Positions 47,281 to 54,734 of a DNA stretch of 64,000 nt are shown here, piece by piece. Position numbers and translations under genes: made by a program. Under the pieces are notes generated by a model that was not told the origin of the DNA, made no database searches, and saw only the letters and a program-made list of their open reading frames with translations. The number at the start of each line of letters is the position of its first letter. Positions within the stretch are counted from its first letter, which is position 1. Source of the DNA: a virus; IMG/VR virus record IMGVR_UViG_3300042447_000691. One strand, 5' to 3'.

Positions 47281-47580
47281 ATGAGAAAAACTATAAAATT
47301 AACGGAAGGTGATTTATCACGTATTGTTAGACGAGTTATTAAAGAAGATAAAGAAGAAGATGAAATGGAAGGTATGGGTATGTCCATTACAGTAAAAGAT
47401 ATATTTGAGGCGGTTATAGATGCTCTTCACGATCTTGGTACGTATGATGATGCATCTATGGGTGAAAAGGCAATGAATTTGGCTAAAATGATTATGAGTA
47501 ACATGCAAGATGACTTGGCTTACGTTACTGAGAATTATGAGGATCAACTTTATGATATTCTTGGTGATGAAAATTATTAA
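47281..47580 (+). CDS. Leader-family protein
   Basis: [22 protein letters not shown]. Confidence 0.7.
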   Translation: MRKTIKLTEGDLSRIVRRVIKEDKEEDEMEGMGMSITVKDIFEAVIDALHDLGTYDDASMGEKAMNLAKMIMSNMQDDLAYVTENYEDQLYDILGDENY

Positions 47581-47640
47581 ATAAAACTTGACACTTTTGA
47601 AAAGTATCATATATTTATAACAAAACAAATAAAAACGCAA

Positions 47641-47715
47641 ATGAAAAATTTACATATCATATTATTAGGCGGATTGGCGATAGCTGAGGATCGTTCCTAT
47701 AAGGAGATGGTATGA
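47641..47715 (+). CDS. Putative leader peptide 2 (24 aa)
   Basis: MKNLHIILLGGLAIAEDRSYKEMV, tandem TGA TAA stops, followed by a terminator. Confidence 0.6.
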   Translation: MKNLHIILLGGLAIAEDRSYKEMV

Positions 47716-47740
47716 TAAATTAATTATATAATAAATTTTG

Positions 47741-47772
47741 AAACCCATCTCAATTACGAGGTGGGTTTTTTT
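47741..47772 (+). terminator. Intrinsic terminator / attenuator 2
   Basis: AAACCCATCTC/GAGGTGGGTTT stem plus T-tract; its 5' arm CCATCTC is complementary to GAGATGG in leader 2. Confidence 0.8.
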
Positions 47773-47810
47773 GTTCTTTGACATATTGGTAAAAAAAAGT
47801 TTAAAAAAGA

Positions 47811-47842
47811 TTTGGTAGATCAAAATAGATTACATATCTTTG
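47811..47842 (+). promoter_or_regulatory. Bacteroidota-type promoter
   Basis: TTTG-N20-TATCTTTG. Confidence 0.75.
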
Positions 47843-47987
47843 TAAAACAAATAAGGAAAAAAGGTTCTTTGAAATATTAAAAATATTGTGGTTGTAAGAA
47901 ACGGGAAACTCGTAAAGTGCATTAACCTGTTGACTCAAGATGGTGAAACGAGAGTTTGAGTCAACTACTAAACTACAAATGGTATAT

Positions 47988-48059
47988 CGCAGGATAGAGC
48001 AGTGGTAGCTCGCAAGGCTCATAACCTTGAGGTCGGAGGTTCGAACCCTTCTCCTGCAA
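47988..48059 (+). tRNA. Initiator tRNA-fMet(CAU)
   Basis: C1:A72 mismatch; loop CT-CAT-AA. Confidence 0.85.
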
Positions 48060-48130
48060 CAACTAATAGCCAACCAAGCTTTACTACGATACGGGTAATA
48101 CCTGTGGGTTAGGGGTGACGGTCAGGAGAG

Positions 48131-48224
48131 ACTGACGATTATGCTGACGTACCGGTGGATGCTTATATCATCTATGCCCGTAGAGGAAGTTTTAAACGTT
48201 GGTTCGATCCCAACCGTCAGTACA
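48131..48224 (+). tRNA. Atypical tRNA-like RNA, possible Ile(UAU)
   Basis: ACTGACG/CGTCAGT acceptor, GGATG-CTTATAT-CATCT arm, canonical T-arm, odd D and variable regions. Confidence 0.45.
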
Positions 48225-48228
48225 ATAA

Positions 48229-48300
48229 GCGGGTATCGTATAATGGTTATTACTCCACACTTCCAATGTGGAGATGAGTGTTCGATTCATTCTACCCGCA
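48229..48300 (+). tRNA. tRNA-Gly(UCC)
   Basis: CCACA-CTTCCAA-TGTGG. Confidence 0.88.
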
Positions 48301-48305
48301 CAAAT

Positions 48306-48375
48306 GGGCCTGATGCCGACGGCAGGTCAACTGATTTGCAATCAGATTGTTTGGGTTCGATTCCCACAGTGTCCA
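48306..48375 (+). tRNA. tRNA-Ala(UGC), imperfect acceptor stem
   Basis: CTGA-TTTGCAA-TCAG; G3:U70 retained; several acceptor mismatches. Confidence 0.55.
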
Positions 48376-48395
48376 CAAAAAAAGTTTGAAAAAGA

Positions 48396-48427
48396 TTTGG
48401 CAGATTGAAATAGATTACATATCTTTG
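48396..48427 (+). promoter_or_regulatory. Bacteroidota-type promoter
   Basis: TTTG-N20-TATCTTTG, nearly identical to 47811-47842. Confidence 0.75.
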
Positions 48428-48447
48428 TAGAACAAAAATAAAGAACT

Positions 48448-48729
48448 ATGACAAACACAGAGACAATTAAAACCGTAGGTTTAAAAATTACAAAAATTGA
48501 AGGATACGATTATTGTTTGACAGGATACCCAAACAAAAACACAATCCGTAATTGGGAAGATGCGTATGAGTTTGAAAGTTTTGTACAAGATGTTTTAAAG
48601 ATTGAAGGTGAGTTTGATTCTGAAAGTGGTCAGTTCTACGTGTACTTCAAAACTAAACAAAAGGCAACTGCGGCTTTGAATAAGATTGAAAAACATTTCA
48701 AAAAAGTTGGTGAAATGTTAGGTTTGTAA
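48448..48729 (+). CDS. Hypothetical protein
   Basis: 93-aa ORF after a promoter. Confidence 0.6.
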   Translation: MTNTETIKTVGLKITKIEGYDYCLTGYPNKNTIRNWEDAYEFESFVQDVLKIEGEFDSESGQFYVYFKTKQKATAALNKIEKHFKKVGEMLGL

Positions 48730-48737
48730 GAGTTAAT

Positions 48738-48811
48738 CGCCCGTTGGACAAGTGATTGAAGTCGCTTCCCTTTCACGGAAGAGATCATGGGTTTGAATCC
48801 CATACGGGTGA
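48738..48811 (+). tRNA. tRNA-Glu(UUC)
   Basis: CTTCC-CTTTCAC-GGAAG. Confidence 0.88.
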
Positions 48812-48814
48812 CAA

Positions 48815-49003
48815 TGAGTGAGAGATACTCAAGATGTTTTTAAGTTCATACAAAACTTAACGGTAGAAGTTACACCTACGTTACGGGTACTCGTTGGGAA
48901 TAAGGAAGGAAGGTTCTCCTCGCCCCCAAGTAAGAACTGACTTTTAAGTGGTAAGACACGTTGGGTTTTCAAATAGAAAAACTGTGAATATCTACTCACC
49001 ATT
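48815..49003 (+). ncRNA. Candidate ~185-nt multibranch RNA
   Basis: 5' GTGAG-AGATACTC pairs with 3' GAATATCTACTCAC; several internal hairpins. Confidence 0.5.
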
Positions 49004-49024
49004 AATCTCAGGTGGGGAAACTTT

Positions 49025-49097
49025 GGTCCATTGGTGAAATATTATCATATCTGACTGTCTATCAGAAGTCCTCGGAGAGTAACCGGGATGAACCGCA
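49025..49097 (+). tRNA. tRNA-Asp(GUC) with non-canonical T-loop
   Basis: TCTGA-CTGTCTA-TCAGA; T-loop AGAGTAA. Confidence 0.65.
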
Positions 49098-49117
49098 CAA
49101 AGTGTTCTTTTAAAATA

Positions 49118-49258
49118 TTGATAGTGGTTTTCCCCACCTCAACGGATGTCGACAATCCAGAGTGGATCAGGAATTCAGCACCCTTTCTGCCGGGGCCCTG
49201 ATAAAAGTCAGAAGAAGCAGTTAAGATTGGAGCGAGACGGGTACTCCATCACTATCAA
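49118..49258 (+). ncRNA. Candidate ~140-nt end-paired RNA
   Basis: TTGATAGTG/CACTATCAA closing stem; GC-rich internal hairpins. Confidence 0.45.
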
Positions 49259-49264
49259 CATATT

Positions 49265-49328
49265 TAGTCAGGTGGCGGAAGGGTAAACGCACTACAATCA
49301 GCAACAGGTTCGAGTCCTGTCCTGACTA
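49265..49328 (+). ncRNA. tRNA-like RNA without anticodon arm
   Basis: TAGTCAGG/CCTGACTA stem, D-like GCG...CGC, T-arm ACAGG-TTCGAGT-CCTGT. Confidence 0.6.
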
Positions 49329-49550
49329 CGTGGGAAAGATCTATCCCGAAAACAGAACATGGATCACAAACACGTAAACCTAAGTACCTGTACAGCGGTG
49401 AGTAACGGGCTAAGTTATATACAATTCCTCGGAGCTGGGAGTAGAATGCTTAGGAGCGTGTTTTTAAAATATAAAAAACTATGACACCATTATTGTTGAT
49501 ATTATTTATTATGTTTATCTTTGTAGTAAGAAAAAGAAGATAAAATTATT

Positions 49551-49674
49551 GGTTGGTCAGGAGTGTAATGAGGCACGGTGCCGAGTCCCCAAGACCAATA
49601 GTCCCAGACACTTGTGGGTTCTATGGAGTCGTAAGGTTGCTCATTGTGGGTTCGACTCCCACCCTGACATCACC
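49551..49674 (+). ncRNA. tRNA-like RNA with large insert replacing the anticodon arm
   Basis: GTCAGG/CCTGAC stem and T-arm GTGGG-TTCGACT-CCCAC. Confidence 0.5.
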
Positions 49675-49834
49675 GGTTACTTGATTCCTGGTAGTAGAGT
49701 AACAACCATTGGGGAATTCGGGATGTCCCGCGAATGGTGGTGTAAGATAAGAGGAACTTACAACGGTAGAGTACCATAAACAAAAGAAACAAGACGTAGA
49801 GGTGACTCTGCGTTGGCGCAAATCTCTACCAACT

Positions 49835-49927
49835 TAGTCAGGTTGGTACAAGGTCGGTTCGAGTCCGATGGAAGGTCATGGATGTCGGGTAGCTCCCTGT
49901 AGAGAGGTTCGATTCCTCTCCTGACTA
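49835..49927 (+). ncRNA. tRNA-like RNA with two T-loop-like hairpins
   Basis: TAGTCAGG/CCTGACTA stem; GGTTCGAGTCC and GGTTCGATTCC loops. Confidence 0.55.
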
Positions 49928-49966
49928 CACTTGACATTATTAAATTAATGTCTTATTATTATACAA

Positions 49967-50039
49967 AACCGGGTAGCTCAGCTGGTAGAGCAATCCTTTT
50001 TAAACAGGACGTGTCATTGGTTCAATCCCTTTCCCGGTT
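49967..50039 (+). pseudogene. Degenerate tRNA (Lys-like)
   Basis: Good D-arm, 8-nt anticodon loop TTTTAAAC, mismatched T-stem. Confidence 0.5.
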
Positions 50040-50064
50040 TTTTTATTTATAAAATTAAAATATT

Positions 50065-50271
50065 ATGAAAAAGTTTCTTTTATTGGTTTTGTCTTATGTT
50101 CTGTCATTCAGTATTGTTTGGGTTGGTTTGGGGTTGTTCAAATACTATTTGGAATCAGAATCATCAATCGGAACTTTTTTAATTGGATTAGTTGGTTTTT
50201 TCGTTGCCATTAATCCTGCTATGGATGTTTGGGAAAAATTATTCAAACGCTGGTTTAAAATCAAAGAATAA
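50065..50271 (+). CDS. Small two-TM membrane protein
   Basis: Two hydrophobic helices. Confidence 0.55.
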   Translation: MKKFLLLVLSYVLSFSIVWVGLGLFKYYLESESSIGTFLIGLVGFFVAINPAMDVWEKLFKRWFKIKE

Positions 50272-50455
50272 TAATTTAATAGTATGATCCACTCAAGAGG
50301 AGTGTTGGAACGGAGTTTGTTAATCTATTTATAAAAAAAAAACACTATGGAAGTAATTATCGCATGTTTAGTACCGATCGCGTTGATAGGTATTATGGTA
50401 GTATCTTATTTGACCTACAAGGGGAGATAAAAAAAGGGACCGAAGTCCCTTTATG

Positions 50456-51064
50456 TTATTTAATGTCTGTTGACTCTATTAGAGTATATGAAAACTTGTT
50501 TCCGTGAATTTTAGATGCCTTCTTACATAAAGACATAAACACATCAAAGTCTTTTACTCTTTTAAATACTTGACAACCCTCACTCCAATTTTCAACCCAC
50601 TGTGAGTCTTGACCTGCTTTGTGGATGTTAATACCAAAAATACCAGTATCGGTTTTTGTTTCTTCAAAAATAAGATCTTTGTTTGCATCTCTCCATACAG
50701 TTACATTTCCTAATCTTTGACAAAGAGCTTCATATTTTCCTTGATGTAAATCAATTTTCCATACACCTCTGTACTGACCCGGTACTAATCTTGCAACACC
50801 ATTTTTGTTATGGAATTGTTGAACACCCTTTTTACCTGGATCACATGTTGCCATCCAACAATAGTATTGCCAAGCACCTTTTTCATCTTTAAATGATAAT
50901 GTTAGATGATCGTCAAACACATTGGTCACTTTTTTATAAACCGCTGGTGACGTGTTTCTTACTCCTACGATATTCACATCGTAACTTTTGTTGTTTGCGT
51001 CTTCAAACCAAACATACCCTTTGGCTTTTACGGCAGCCTCAACCTGTTCTCTTGTGTAACTCAT
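50456..51064 (-). CDS. L,D-transpeptidase-like (YkuD-fold) putative cell-wall enzyme
   Basis: GINIHKAG...NWSEGCQVF resembles the H-x(n)-S-x-G-C catalytic motif. Confidence 0.55.
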   Translation of the reverse strand: MSYTREQVEAAVKAKGYVWFEDANNKSYDVNIVGVRNTSPAVYKKVTNVFDDHLTLSFKDEKGAWQYYCWMATCDPGKKGVQQFHNKNGVARLVPGQYRGVWKIDLHQGKYEALCQRLGNVTVWRDANKDLIFEETKTDTGIFGINIHKAGQDSQWVENWSEGCQVFKRVKDFDVFMSLCKKASKIHGNKFSYTLIESTDIK

Positions 51065-51142
51065 AATAATTAATTTTGATTATAAATATTGTGATTTTTG
51101 AAAAGTAAATAGGTTTTTTAAGGTATTGTCATATTTATTAAT

Positions 51143-52762
51143 ATGAAATATCGTTTAAGAATAAAAATAACATTAGTTATCGCCGCTTTACTAATGATTG
51201 CATTTATGTGTGTTAAAATTGCGGTTCTTATTGGGTTACGAGAATCTACAGAAACAACTAGATGGCTAGAATTTTTTGGGGTTATTTCTCTCATCCCTAT
51301 ATCTGCGTTATTAATTAAAGACTTTATCAATTCCACTAAAGATACTGTATCTAAAGAATCGGTGGATAAATTGGTAGAATTAAAACATTTCTTAGATTCT
51401 TCTTCCATCATATCTAAAGCTGATGCAAAAGGAAAGATTACATACGTTAATCAAAAATTTACCGAAATCTCAGGTTATTCATTAGAAGATGTTCTTGGTA
51501 AAGACCACAATATTGTAAATTCTGGAACACACCCAAAAGAGTTTTGGTCTAATATGTATAAAACTGTTGTTGTGAATAAGGGTCTTTGGAATGAGGTTTG
51601 TGTCAATAGGGCAAAAGATGGAAGTCTTTATTATGTGGATACTTTTATTAAATGTAGTTTTGATGAAAACGGTAAATTGTTAGAGTTTATGTCAATTCGT
51701 CAAGACTTAACTTCTTTAAAAAAGACTGAACAAGAAATATCAAATAGAATGAATGCGATTAACAGATCAAATGCCGTTATTGAATTTGATTTAGATGGTA
51801 ACATAAAATTTGCAAATGATTTATTTTTAAGTACTTTAGGTTATGATTCGCACGATGAACTTGTTGGAAAACATCATAGTATATTTGTTGAAGATGTGGT
51901 AAAAGACTCTGAAGAATATTCAAACTTTTGGAAAACTTTAAAAGGTGGTCAATTCTTTATGGGTGAAATCATTAGAAAGAAAAAAAACGGATCTTTAATT
52001 TATCTCCAAGCGACATATAACCCCATCATAGGAACCGATGGGAAACCATATAGAGTAATGAAAATCGCCACTGACATCACCCAAAGTATTAATCAACAAA
52101 TGGAGATTGAAAAGAAAAATACCTATTTAGAGCATGCCGCAAAGATATTAAGACACGATATGCACTCTGGTATTAATACATATATGCCAAGAGGATTAAG
52201 CTCTTTAGAACGAAGATTAACTCCTGAAGATATAAAAAATTTAAAAATAGAATCCCCACTTAGAATGATTAAAGAAGGTTTAAAACATTCTCAAAAAGTA
52301 TATAAAGGGGTTTACGAATTTACCAATTTGGTTAAAAGAGATGTTGTTTTAAATAAAGCGGAATGTGATTTAAAATTAATCCTATCTGATTATCTATCAT
52401 CTACTGCATATATTAGTCAAGTTATTATAGATGAGTTACCAACTATTGAGGTAAACGAAGCACTATTTTGTACTGCGGTTGATAACTTGATTAGAAACGG
52501 TTTAAAGTATAATGATTCGGATTCTAAATTTGTTAAAATAACTTCAGACGAGAATTATGTTTACATTCAAGATAATGGTAGAGGAATCACACAAGAAGAT
52601 TTTGATCACCTATGTAAACCATATACCAGAAAAGAAGGACAAAAAGAATCTGGCACTGGTTTGGGTTTAAATATTTGTGTTGCTATATTAGAAGAACACG
52701 GGTTTAATATTACCTGTGAGAAAAATGAAATAGGAACAAAAATGAAAATAAAAATAAAATAA
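51143..52762 (+). CDS. Membrane PAS-PAS sensor histidine kinase
   Basis: Two TM helices, two PAS/PAC domains, H-box ILRHDM, N-box DNLIRNGLKY, G1 QDNGRGI, G2 GTGLGL. Confidence 0.92.
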   Translation: MKYRLRIKITLVIAALLMIAFMCVKIAVLIGLRESTETTRWLEFFGVISLIPISALLIKDFINSTKDTVSKESVDKLVELKHFLDSSSIISKADAKGKITYVNQKFTEISGYSLEDVLGKDHNIVNSGTHPKEFWSNMYKTVVVNKGLWNEVCVNRAKDGSLYYVDTFIKCSFDENGKLLEFMSIRQDLTSLKKTEQEISNRMNAINRSNAVIEFDLDGNIKFANDLFLSTLGYDSHDELVGKHHSIFVEDVVKDSEEYSNFWKTLKGGQFFMGEIIRKKKNGSLIYLQATYNPIIGTDGKPYRVMKIATDITQSINQQMEIEKKNTYLEHAAKILRHDMHSGINTYMPRGLSSLERRLTPEDIKNLKIESPLRMIKEGLKHSQKVYKGVYEFTNLVKRDVVLNKAECDLKLILSDYLSSTAYISQVIIDELPTIEVNEALFCTAVDNLIRNGLKYNDSDSKFVKITSDENYVYIQDNGRGITQEDFDHLCKPYTRKEGQKESGTGLGLNICVAILEEHGFNITCEKNEIGTKMKIKIK

Positions 52763-52780
52763 AAAACAAAAAAGAAAAAA

Positions 52781-53218
52781 ATGATTGATTCAATTTTATT
52801 AGTAGATGATGAGGATTTATTCCATTTGGTATTTGAAGACGCTTGTTCGTTACTTGACATAAGTTTGTCTTTAAATGCGTTAAATAGTTCTGACGAGGCA
52901 GCAAAACTATTTCAAAAATGGTTCCAGGATGGTGACAATAATGATAAACCTGAATGTGTGTTTGTTGACTTAAACATAATTGGTAGTTCTTTTGATGGTA
53001 TAGAGTTAATTAGAAAAGTTAATTTTGAATATGGTAATCACGTAGTTATTGGTATCATATCATCATCAAACGAACCGGAAGAACAAGCAAAAGCGCTCCA
53101 GGCTGGTGCTCAATTCTGGATTATTAAATCAGATGATATTGAACCTCGTTTAGAAGAGTTTAGAAAAGATTATGACGGTTACAAAAATAGAACCTTACCT
53201 TTTAAAGTATATAAATGA
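52781..53218 (+). CDS. Single-domain response regulator (receiver)
   Basis: LLVDDE, phospho-acceptor FVDLN, ISSS, AGAQFWIIK. Confidence 0.9.
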   Translation: MIDSILLVDDEDLFHLVFEDACSLLDISLSLNALNSSDEAAKLFQKWFQDGDNNDKPECVFVDLNIIGSSFDGIELIRKVNFEYGNHVVIGIISSSNEPEEQAKALQAGAQFWIIKSDDIEPRLEEFRKDYDGYKNRTLPFKVYK

Positions 53219-53889
53219 TAAAGTTAGATAAAAATAGTGAAGAAAAGTTAATAAACCTACTTGAGTCCAAGAACATTGGACTTGAGGGGAATGTTATAAA
53301 GTTGATTGAATCGGACAACGATTCGTTTAAAGACTATTTAAAAAAATGTACGGATAAAGATAAAGATTCTAGACGAAAACGATTAGAGATTACTAAAAAA
53401 ATACAATTACAAAACAATGAATTATCTGATCTAAACGAACAGAATCAAAAAATGATGGAAGATCTTCAGTCCACACTAAAAGAGGCTGAAGAACAAAAAG
53501 TAAAGATTGAAGGGCAAAACGGAGAGTTGATTAATTGGAGAGAAGAGAACGAAAAGATTCAACAGGAACTACAAAAGGAGATGATTAAATCTGAAACCGC
53601 AAGAATACGTGCGGAGGAAGCAAAAACAAACGCAATCAACGATCTTGACATACTTCAAAAGAAAAACCAAACAGAACTTATATCAACAATTGTTAGAGTT
53701 GCTCTTTATATTATTGTTGGTGTTGGTATTGTTACTACCGGAGTTTATGTATTCACTCTTGTTATGGGTAAAGACACACAAGTTATTAGTGCTGCTTGGT
53801 CTAACATATTTGGTATACTTCTAACAAACGCATTCTCAATAGTAGGAACCATTATGGGTATTAAATACGCAACAGAAAATAAACAATAA
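53215..53889 (+). CDS. Coiled-coil protein with two C-terminal TM helices
   Basis: Overlaps the RR stop; long heptad region followed by two hydrophobic helices. Confidence 0.65.
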   Translation: MIKLDKNSEEKLINLLESKNIGLEGNVIKLIESDNDSFKDYLKKCTDKDKDSRRKRLEITKKIQLQNNELSDLNEQNQKMMEDLQSTLKEAEEQKVKIEGQNGELINWREENEKIQQELQKEMIKSETARIRAEEAKTNAINDLDILQKKNQTELISTIVRVALYIIVGVGIVTTGVYVFTLVMGKDTQVISAAWSNIFGILLTNAFSIVGTIMGIKYATENKQ

Positions 53890-53900
53890 AACAAAAACGT

Positions 53901-54725
53901 ATGTTATTAAAAGTAGGATCTACAGGAGAAGATGTAAAAAAACTCCAAACAAAATTAGGATTAACCGCTGATGGTTCTTTTGGACCTAAAACTGAAACGG
54001 TGGTAAAAGAATGGCAAACTAAAAACGGATTAACCGCTGATGGTATTGTTGGTGACGGTACTTGGTCTAAAATGTTCGGGACAACTCAAGTAGTAAAAGA
54101 AGATGTTGTGATTACACCGGTAACAGGATTGAATATTGAAAAACTAAAAGGTCACATTCCTGATGTTGTTATCGCACAGATTCCTGAAACCGCAAAAAAA
54201 TTTAATATCACAACTAACTTGAGACTTGCTCACTTCTTATCACAATGCGGTCACGAGTCAGGAGGTTTTAAGGCGGTATCAGAAAATTTAAATTATTCTG
54301 CCGACGGATTAAAAAGAACGTTTGGTAAATACTTTCCTGGTAACTTGGCTGAATCATACGCAAAACAACCTGAAAAGATCGCATCAAGAGTCTATGCTGA
54401 CCGTATGAGTAACGGAAACGAAGCGTCAAAAGAAGGATATAAATTTAGAGGTAGAGGATACATCCAATTAACAGGTAAAGGAAACTACACCAGTTTTACA
54501 AAATTTATCGGTGAAGATTGTGTTGCGAACCCTGACTTAGTTGCAACTAAATACCCATTGGCATCTGCGGCATTTTTCTTTGACTCAAACAAACTTTGGT
54601 CAATATGTGATAAAGGAGCTGATGATGCTACGGTTACTGCGGTAACAAAAAGAGTAAATGGAGGAACAATAGGTCTTGCGGATAGAATTAAACACTTCAA
54701 AGAGTATTATAACTTATTAAAATAA
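53901..54725 (+). CDS. Endolysin: peptidoglycan-binding domain + GH19 catalytic domain
   Basis: DVKKLQTKLGLTADGSFGPKT...ADGIVGDGTW; AHFLSQCGHESG...ENLNY...FRGRGYIQLTG...VTKRVNGG. Confidence 0.92.
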   Translation: MLLKVGSTGEDVKKLQTKLGLTADGSFGPKTETVVKEWQTKNGLTADGIVGDGTWSKMFGTTQVVKEDVVITPVTGLNIEKLKGHIPDVVIAQIPETAKKFNITTNLRLAHFLSQCGHESGGFKAVSENLNYSADGLKRTFGKYFPGNLAESYAKQPEKIASRVYADRMSNGNEASKEGYKFRGRGYIQLTGKGNYTSFTKFIGEDCVANPDLVATKYPLASAAFFFDSNKLWSICDKGADDATVTAVTKRVNGGTIGLADRIKHFKEYYNLLK

Positions 54726-54734
54726 AATAAAAAA

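Noticed and set aside
48060-49260. tmRNA, SRP RNA or RNase P RNA
   Set aside because: No G3:U70 tRNA-like domain with a tag ORF, no SRP helix-8 consensus and no RNase P P4 motifs were recognisable.
44159-49821. ORFs called across the tRNA and ncRNA region (e.g. 44159-44344, 45056-45331, 45220-45405, 48141-48389, 49549-49779)
   Set aside because: They overlap clear tRNA cloverleafs or structured RNAs and are spurious.
49967-50039. Ochre suppressor tRNA (UUA)
   Set aside because: The loop is 8 nt and the T-stem is mismatched; it is best read as a decayed Lys-like tRNA.
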